From Thermodesulfobacteriota bacterium (GTDB lineage: Bacteria; Desulfobacterota; Desulfobulbia; Desulfobulbales; SURF-16): a DNA stretch of 64,000 bases. The notes below the pieces were generated by a model. That model searched no databases, was not told the origin of the DNA, and saw only the letters and a program-made list of their open reading frames with translations. The position numbers and the translations under genes were made by a program. Numbering within the stretch: the stretch's first letter is position 1; each line of letters begins with the position of its first letter. The stretch spans positions 21,574-85,573 of the forward strand of contig JBMONO010000011.1 in assembly GCA_049323655.1 (NCBI GenBank). Reading direction: 5' to 3'. Below are positions 1 to 7,500 of this stretch, piece by piece.

Positions 1-217
1 CTTCTTTTTCAACACCGGTGTCACCATCACGGCGAGCCAGTCGGATCTCATTGAGCCTTTGCGGGAGATCGAGGCAAAAGGGGTGGAGATTTTTTCCTGC
101 GGCACCTGTCTCGATTTTCTCGGGTTGAAAGAGAGGCTGCTGGTCGGCAAGACCACCAACATGCACGAAATCATGCAGTCCATGGCCAGCGCCGCCAGAA
201 TCGTGAGCCCCTGCTGA
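1..217 (+). CDS. yedF: Sulfurtransferase-like selenium metabolism protein YedF (DsrE/F-like), 5'-truncated by the window edge
   Basis: Frame 2 reads FFFNTGV...GVEIFSCGTCLDFLGL...VGKTTNMHEI...SPC*; the CGTC and TNM motifs are typical of YedF, and the gene sits just before a cysteine desulfurase-family gene. Confidence 0.8.
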   Translation, partial: FFFNTGVTITASQSDLIEPLREIEAKGVEIFSCGTCLDFLGLKERLLVGKTTNMHEIMQSMASAARIVSPC

Positions 218-221
218 TCGT

Positions 222-1388
222 ATGCCTGCCGAAACCGGGTTCATCTATGCCGACAATGCGGCGACATCCTTTCCAAAACCGCCGGCCGTCGTCGAGATGC
301 TGTGCGCCTTGCCGCAAAGCATCTCGCTCAGTCCCGGCCGCTCCGCCCATTTTTTTTCACTCCAGTGCAGTCGACACCTCTTCACCGCCCGCGAGCGGCT
401 GGCCGAGCTTTTCGGCTGTCCGGACTCAAGCCGCATCGCCTTTACCGCCAATGTCACCGAGGCGCTGAACACGGCGATTTTCGGTCTCTGCGACGAGGTG
501 CTGCGGCCCGGTGATCATGTCATCACCACCTGTCTCGAACACAACTCGGTGATGCGGCCCCTGCGGTATCTTGAACAAACGGCCAACATCTCCGTGTCCA
601 TGTTGCCACTGGCCGCGGACGGACAGGTGGCAGTGGACGCATTGCCCGGCCTGCTGCGGCCCAATACCCGGCTTGTTGTCGTCAACCATGTCTCCAATGT
701 CACCGGCGCGATCGTTGATCTGGCGGCGGTGGGCCGGCACAAGGGCAATGCCCTGCTGCTGGTGGATGCGGCCCAGTCGGCCGGGGTTTTTCCGATTCAT
801 GTGGAGGAGATGAACATCGACATCCTGGCCTTTACCGGCCACAAGGCCCTTTTCGGCCCTCCCGGCACCGGCGGCTTTTATCTGCGTGAGGGCATCACGC
901 TGCGGCCGCTGACGATGGGCGGCACCGGCAGCAATTCGGAACGGGAGATCCAGCCGGATTTCATGCCGGACCGCTATGAATCGGGCACCCCCAATACTTT
1001 AGGCATCGCCGCCCTGGGGGCCGGGGTGGAGTTTGTCCTGACGACCGGTCTGGAGACCATCAGGGCGCATGAGTTGGGATTGTGCCGTCTCTTTCTCGAC
1101 GGACTCGGCAGCATGCCCCATGTCACCGTCTTTGGCCCGGATGAGGGAGAAGATCGCGCCGCGGTCATCTCCCTGCGGTTGCGGGGCAGAAGCGAGTCGG
1201 AGGTGGCCCGCATTCTTGACCGCGATTATCGTATCATGGTGCGGGCCGGGCTGCACTGTGCGCCGGCCGCCCATGCCGCTGCCGGCACTTTTCCCGCCGG
1301 CACCGTCCGTTTCTCCTTTGGCTATTTCAACACCGCAGCGGATGTCGAGGCCTGTCTCGCCGCCCTCGCCACCTTCCGAACCCCATGA
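222..1388 (+). CDS. Class V PLP aminotransferase, cysteine desulfurase/selenocysteine lyase family
   Basis: DNAATSFPKP, EHNSV, DAAQSAG, TGHK (PLP lysine), RAGLHCAP (catalytic Cys). Confidence 0.9.
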   Translation: MPAETGFIYADNAATSFPKPPAVVEMLCALPQSISLSPGRSAHFFSLQCSRHLFTARERLAELFGCPDSSRIAFTANVTEALNTAIFGLCDEVLRPGDHVITTCLEHNSVMRPLRYLEQTANISVSMLPLAADGQVAVDALPGLLRPNTRLVVVNHVSNVTGAIVDLAAVGRHKGNALLLVDAAQSAGVFPIHVEEMNIDILAFTGHKALFGPPGTGGFYLREGITLRPLTMGGTGSNSEREIQPDFMPDRYESGTPNTLGIAALGAGVEFVLTTGLETIRAHELGLCRLFLDGLGSMPHVTVFGPDEGEDRAAVISLRLRGRSESEVARILDRDYRIMVRAGLHCAPAAHAAAGTFPAGTVRFSFGYFNTAADVEACLAALATFRTP

Positions 1389-1675
1389 CCGTTGCCCCCA
1401 TCCCGCGGGACGAGACCTGCGTCATCATCCTCTTTTCCATCCATTTTGTCCTGAAGGCGGAGCAGTTGCTGAAAAAGGCCTCGCTCGCTCACGACGTCAT
1501 CCCGGTGCCCCGCCAGATCAGTTCCGATTGCGGCATGGCCCTGGCCTTTTCCTGCCGGGACGGCGCGCTGGTTGTCAAACTGCTTTCCGATGCCGCCATC
1601 CGCATCGCCGGACTCTATCAACGGCAAGAGACCGGCGGCTATGTGGCCATCGATTTGCCGGATGGCGTCTGCTGA
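1385..1675 (+). CDS. DUF3343-family putative Se/S carrier protein
   Basis: IPVPRQISSDCGMAL motif; 4-nt overlap with the upstream gene. Confidence 0.75.
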   Translation: MTVAPIPRDETCVIILFSIHFVLKAEQLLKKASLAHDVIPVPRQISSDCGMALAFSCRDGALVVKLLSDAAIRIAGLYQRQETGGYVAIDLPDGVC

Positions 1676-1909
1676 TCGTTTCTGGACCTCCATTAAATTT
1701 TTTTAAAGGTTTGACTCCCTGTCCGACAAGAGCCTTGCCGAAAAAAGCGAAAAGCGTCGGCAGAGCGGGCAGGGCAATCACTGCTGGTGCTTCTTTTTGC
1801 TTGACAATGGGGGACGTTCCGCTGTTTGCTGTAAGGAGTGAGCCGGTTTTCAGGTATGATTTGTGCAGACTGCGTCAGTATGGCTGAAATTCACAAAAAA
1901 ATTTTTATT

Positions 1910-2470
1910 ATGAAATGTTTGAAGTGGCTTGAGAGAGTACGGAAAAGCAGCCGCGGCTTCTCTGTGGTAGAGCTGATGGTCGTCATTGCCGTCATCGGTA
2001 TTTTGGCAGCAGTGGCGGTGCCGAATTTTGCCGAATGGGCGGCTAACAATCGGCTGAAGGCTGCGGCTCGCACCTTATATACCAACATCCAGAAGGCGCG
2101 CCTTTTTGCCATCAAGGAAAATCGGCCCGTCTGTCTTGCCTTTACCACTGTTGTTTTCCCGGCCACTGGAGGAGGGTATACCGTCTTCGTCGATGACGGC
2201 ACCGGCGGTGGTGTTGCCGGCAATGGGGTGCGGGATGGCACGGAGCAGGTTCTTGACACGGTAACGATGGACAACCGGACTTCGTTGGTTACGGCAGCTT
2301 TTACCGGTGGGGTGTCTTTTTTTTCTTACACGCCGAAAGGGGTGGTGGCCAGCAGTCGCCAGGGCAATGTCACGATGAGGAATAATCAACGATGGTACAG
2401 AATCACCGTCTCCGCCGGAGGAGGGATCAGGCTTGAAATCAGTTCGGATGGCGCTACCTGGGTTCTTTAA
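1910..2470 (+). CDS. fimT: GspH/FimT-family minor pilin
   Basis: Prepilin site G|FSVVELMVVIAVIGIL, followed by RLKAAARTL...AR..AIKEN; start codon uncertain (1838/1880/1910). Confidence 0.85.
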   Translation: MKCLKWLERVRKSSRGFSVVELMVVIAVIGILAAVAVPNFAEWAANNRLKAAARTLYTNIQKARLFAIKENRPVCLAFTTVVFPATGGGYTVFVDDGTGGGVAGNGVRDGTEQVLDTVTMDNRTSLVTAAFTGGVSFFSYTPKGVVASSRQGNVTMRNNQRWYRITVSAGGGIRLEISSDGATWVL

Positions 2471-3251
2471 TCAGGGGGGTGTTAACAACGGCACGTGCAG
2501 TGCACAGGGCTTCACCCTCGTTGAGGTGATGATCGCCCTGCTGCTTTCCGGTATTGTCATCGCCTCGGTTTATTCGGCCTTTCAATCCCAGCAGAACAGC
2601 TATCTTGCCCAGGAACAGACAGCGCAGATGCAGCAGAATGTTCGTATCGGCCTTGATATGCTGGTTCGGGACATTCGCCTGGCCGGTTACAATCCGACAG
2701 AAGGGGCCGGCAGCGGCTTTATCCTTGCCGATAATTTTAACGGTACGGCTGTGGCGACCAGCGCCACTCAGATTGCCTTTACCGCTGATCTGGACGACGA
2801 TGGGACCATAGACACGGTGGCGCAGGATGCGGACGGTAACGGCACGATCGAGATGGCGGACATGGAGCAGATCGCCTATCGTCTGAACGGTACGAATCTG
2901 CAGCGGTATTCCCGGGTTACCGGAGCAGTTGTCTGGCAGACCATTGCTGAACATGTCGATAATATCGAGTTTCAGTATGTCCTCGATAACGACAGCGCGA
3001 CCATCGCCCCGACTGCGGCGGAGATTCCCAGGATACGCAGTGTGCGGGTTTCGATTCTGGTCAGAACGGAAAATGCGGATGAAAACTTTACCAGCACCCA
3101 GACCTATCTGCCGGCCTCGAATGATCCGTTTTTTACGGAGGCGGCCGATCTGACCGGCACGATCTGGGGGCCTTTCACCGGCACCCCGACTGAAAACAAC
3201 CGCCGTAGGCTGCTGAAGGTTACCGTCAACTGTCGCAATATGGGGCTGTGA
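2433..3251 (+). CDS. pilW: Type IV minor pilin PilW
   Basis: G|FTLVEVMIAL, DIRLAGYNP, C-terminal CRNMGL; start uncertain. Confidence 0.85.
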   Translation: MKSVRMALPGFFNQGGVNNGTCSAQGFTLVEVMIALLLSGIVIASVYSAFQSQQNSYLAQEQTAQMQQNVRIGLDMLVRDIRLAGYNPTEGAGSGFILADNFNGTAVATSATQIAFTADLDDDGTIDTVAQDADGNGTIEMADMEQIAYRLNGTNLQRYSRVTGAVVWQTIAEHVDNIEFQYVLDNDSATIAPTAAEIPRIRSVRVSILVRTENADENFTSTQTYLPASNDPFFTEAADLTGTIWGPFTGTPTENNRRRLLKVTVNCRNMGL

Positions 3252-3269
3252 TTGCCGGGGGAAAGAGTG

Positions 3270-3707
3270 ATGATGCAATCCGTCGGGAAAAATAGTGAGC
3301 GCGGCTTTACCCTGCTTGAGGTGCTGATAGCCGTCGCCATTTTCACCATCGGTATCCTGGCGGTCAATGCCATGCAGATCTCCGCCATTGGTGGTAATGC
3401 CACTGCCAATCGGGTCACGGAGTCGACCAACTGGGCGTCGGACCGGATCGAGACACTGCTTGCCTTGAGCTATTCCCACGCTGATCTTGATGATGATAAC
3501 GGGGATGGCGCGGCCGGTTTTGGGGCGACCGGGGCAAACGCCGACGGCACTGCCGTATCGCCGGACGGCGCTTATACCATCTCCTGGAATGTCGCGGAAG
3601 ACGATCCTTTTCCGGATATCAAAACAGTCAATGTCGTTGTGGAAAGACAGGTCGCCGGCCTGGCGCGCACCGTTACCATGACCTATGCGAAGTCAAATTC
3701 CATGTAA
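3270..3707 (+). CDS. pilV: Type IV minor pilin PilV
   Basis: G|FTLLEVLIAVAIFTIGILAV prepilin motif; position in the minor-pilin cluster. Confidence 0.85.
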   Translation: MMQSVGKNSERGFTLLEVLIAVAIFTIGILAVNAMQISAIGGNATANRVTESTNWASDRIETLLALSYSHADLDDDNGDGAAGFGATGANADGTAVSPDGAYTISWNVAEDDPFPDIKTVNVVVERQVAGLARTVTMTYAKSNSM

Positions 3708-3709
3708 TT

Positions 3710-4387
3710 GTGTTGCAAATGAACACCGTGAAAAATATCGCTGCCGATGAAAAGGGATTTGTCCTGGTCGCCTCGTTGCTGATTCTGCTCATTCTCGTCA
3801 TCATCGGCGTTGCCGCGACCACCAACACCTCCAGCGAGCTGCAGATCGCTGGCAATGAAAAGGTGCATAAAGAGACCTTTTACGCCGCCGAGGGCAGTTT
3901 GGCGCTGGGGGTCGAGGTGCTGGAGCAGAATCTCTTTTGTCCGACGGGGTTCACATCGACCGGTGTAGATGACAATGGCGTGACGGTTGCCGATCTGGAA
4001 GGAACCATCCGGGTCTATGAACGAAACGGCAATAATATGATCCTTTATCAGAACCCCACTCCGCCTGCTGCCGATATCGGTGACACCACGAAAATGGATG
4101 TTGCCTTCTCCTATCCCGTTGATCCGGCATTCAATCTTGATGCAGTCGATGCCGCCGGCGCCTCCCAGGTTTCGCAACTCTATATCGGCGGCCGGACGGA
4201 AATGGGGCCGGGCGGATCCCTGCAGATGGCCGCCGGCTATGAAGGCAAGGGCAAGTCGGCCGCCGGCGGCGGGGTGCTGAAGCTCTATGATATCACCGCC
4301 GTCCATCGCGGCCAGGTCAACAGCGAATCGATCATTCAGATCGGCTGGCGCTATCCGGTCGGCTGGACCGGTAGTTGTAATTATTGA
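3710..4387 (+). CDS. pilX: PilX-family pilus assembly protein
   Basis: G|FVLVASLLIL (no Glu5, typical of PilX), ELQIAGN, FYAAEG. Confidence 0.85.
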   Translation: MLQMNTVKNIAADEKGFVLVASLLILLILVIIGVAATTNTSSELQIAGNEKVHKETFYAAEGSLALGVEVLEQNLFCPTGFTSTGVDDNGVTVADLEGTIRVYERNGNNMILYQNPTPPAADIGDTTKMDVAFSYPVDPAFNLDAVDAAGASQVSQLYIGGRTEMGPGGSLQMAAGYEGKGKSAAGGGVLKLYDITAVHRGQVNSESIIQIGWRYPVGWTGSCNY

Positions 4388-4392
4388 ATAAG

Positions 4393-4531
4393 GATGGTTT
4401 CGTAAAAAAAAACTGGAAAATCAACCACAGAGACCACGGAGTACCCAGAGACAACTCATTGGCATTCAAAATATTTTCTCTGTGTCCTCTGTGCCCTCAG
4501 TGGTTAAAAAAATCTTTTTTACGATTTCACC
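4393..4531 (+). repeat. Intergenic element, family A, copy 1 (MITE-like)
   Basis: Ends GATGGTTTCGTAAAAA / TTTTTACGATTTCACC; internal ACCACAGAG...CTCTGTG inverted repeats; similar to 46343, 55581 and 56710. Confidence 0.75.
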
Positions 4532-4593
4532 AATGACCGTTTGTCAATTGTTGTGGCGGTGTTGTTGACTGTTTTTTGCATGAGAGGGCGGCT

Positions 4594-7500
4594 ATGAAGC
4601 GTTGTGCGCGATATCTTGTCAGGGGTTTGCTGATTGCGGGACTGATTCTGCCGATGACTCCTCCTGCCGCCATCCGCGCAGATCCATGCAGCATCGGCCT
4701 GGGGGAGCCCCCTTTTCTCTCCTTCGGCGTGCGGGCCAACCTGCTTTTGATGCTCGACAATTCGGGCAGTATGCTCGATCTCGCTTATGTCGGCGCATCG
4801 GGGGAGTGTGTGGACAATTCGTACAGCCCTGCCATCCAGTATACCGGCATCTACAATCCGGACAAGTGGTACAAATGGACGGAAGGGGTGCAGCCCTGGA
4901 AGAGCGGCACAACCTATGCGGTGGGCGCCCTGGTCTATTCCGAGGGCATCTTTTACAAGGCGACCGCCGCCACCGGTCTTGCCTCCACCGGGGTGGAGAT
5001 CGGTTTTGACACCCAGGTCACCTGGGCGCCGGCCTACTCGATCCCGGTCTGGCGGCATGGCACGCTCTACCCGGCCAAGAGTTTTGTCCAGTATGAAGGG
5101 CAGCTCTATTACAGCTCGGGTGGCGGCACTGCCAATGACACCGATCCGGCCGACGGGCTCGATATCTATGATGACACCGGGGTTGCCTGGGCTCCGGTGG
5201 AGTCGACCTGGCGCGATGGAGCCGCCTACCTTGTCGGCGCCATTGTCAGCGATGGCGGCATGCTGTTCAAGGCCACCAGTTCAGGCACCGCAAACGGCAC
5301 CGGGGTCTGGGACGACAGCGGAGTCAACTGGAGCCGGCTCGATGAGGGCTATTTCGAGGAGACCGCCTATGCGTCAAGCGCCGATGCCGCTGCGGCCTTT
5401 CTCGCTGAACCGGGAAGCCCATCGAGCCATGTCGATCTTTTCGTGAAGATCGTCAGCGCCAGCGATGGGGTATCGGTGGTGCCGACCCGGGTCACCGCCT
5501 TTGCCGCCAAGGGGAATTTCCTCAACTGGGCCTCGTCGTCCAAGTTCGATATCCAGAAAAAGATTCTTACCGGCGGTAAATATGATGCGGATGCAGAGCG
5601 GCTCATCTCCCAGAGTCGCGGTTGCGCCAATCGCGGCTTCTTCAAGGAAGTGACCATGGCCGACGGCAAGGTGTTGACCCTGTCCATCGAGGGCTCGGAT
5701 GAGGAGAACCGGATCGACAGCACCGATGACACGACCCGGATATCCGTTCTTGCCCTGAGCGCCAGCGGTTTTCTCACCAGCAGCCAGTACGAGGCCTGCC
5801 AGGATGCTCTGGAGGAGCTTCAGAAGGATGTTGTTAATCAGGGGCAGCTCAAGCAGAATATCACCGATTGTCTTGATTACGGCGGCACCAACAACGTCAT
5901 GGCCGAGTCAAACGCCGCCTACAACCATGCTCTGCATGACTGCTGGTACTATTCAAAGCACGGTTCCTTTCCGGTCGGTATTCAGGATGTCAAGCGATCC
6001 TGCGAGCATATCTACGACCACGATATCCCGCCGGCAACCATTACAACGGACAGCACCGGCTATATCTGCAGTGGTGACTATGTGCCGGGGGTGCTCGACC
6101 ATCTGCGGGACGGCTATATCGGCCGCTGCTGGGAACCGGCCACCATCCCGGCCGGCTGCGCGCCGGTGCCGTGCGGACCGCCGGTGGGAACCGGCGGCAA
6201 TCCCCGCTGCGGCACGGATGGCTATATCTATGAATGCAGCGGCAATTACAATGCCAAAAAGGACGAGTGCAACAAGGCCTGGGTGCTGAAACTCATCGAC
6301 GCCGACGGCCCCGGCCCGGGAACCTGCACGGCGGCGGACATTGCCTCCGCCTCGCCCGCCAAGTGGACGGATGATAATTTCAACAACACCGCCGATGAGT
6401 GTATCCAGCAGGCCATCGAGGATTACTGCGGCTACATGGCGATCCCGGAAGTGATCGATCCTTCCGACCAGGTTCTCGCTACCGGCGAATTCTGGAATAT
6501 CCCGGCGGTCTTGATCGACTCCGGCGTCGCCTCCTTTTTCGGCGGCGATCGACCGCTCATCGTCATGAAGGGCTATCTCAAACAGACGACAAAACCGAAA
6601 GGCGTACTTCATGAAACCGCCGCTGATCTGCGGATCGGGGTGATGGCCTTTAATGCGGTCGGCGCGCTCACCGAATGCCAGGCAGCCGATCCCGGTAGCG
6701 CCATCGTCAAGTTCTGTCCAGACGACAACAAGGACGGCGCCCGAGTCATTGCCGATGTGCGGCTCGGCACCGACGTTTCGGTCAGCGGTTCCGGCACCCA
6801 TATCGACGATGTGGTGAAACAGATCAATGATACCCGCGCCACCTCCTGGACGCCGCTTGCCGAGGCGATGTACACCGCCATCGGCTACTACACCCAGAAC
6901 CCCGCCATGCGGCTTGACAATGCCGACTTCTCCCTTGTCAATCCCGTGATTAACTGGTGCCAGGACAACCATGTGTTGATCATCACGGAGGGCGCGTCAA
7001 CGGCCGACATCAACCAGCAGGTGATCGATTTCGTCAACAACGCGCCGATCAGTGACGGCGATCAGGCAACTGACGCGAAATGCTCCGACGGCCTTGACGG
7101 CAGCACCTATCTCGACGATCTCACCTATTTCGCCCAGCATGCTGCTGCCGACCAGCTCTATCCGGCCGGCACCAGCCAGTTGCCCTCCGATGACGGCAGC
7201 CTGCACGACAAACAGAACATCACCACCCACATTGTCGCGACCGGCACCTTGCGCAATACCGGCGACAACGAATGCAGCCCGGACAAGATCATGCTGGAGG
7301 CGGCGGCCAACGGCGGCACGACCCTGATGGTCAGCGCCAATCCGGCGGAACTGGAGGCGAATCTGCTGGCAAAGTTCAATGAGCTGCGGCAACGCGCCTC
7401 GGCCGGTTCGGCGGCGTCGGTTATCTCCTCGGCCCGCGGCGGCGAGGGCGCCATTTATCAGGCTATCTTCTGGCCGGAGTTGAAACGGCTCGACAGCACC

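Noticed and set aside
215-217. yedF terminal TGA after Cys as selenocysteine
   Set aside because: The protein is at its expected C-terminus and the next gene starts 4 nt later; no convincing SECIS.
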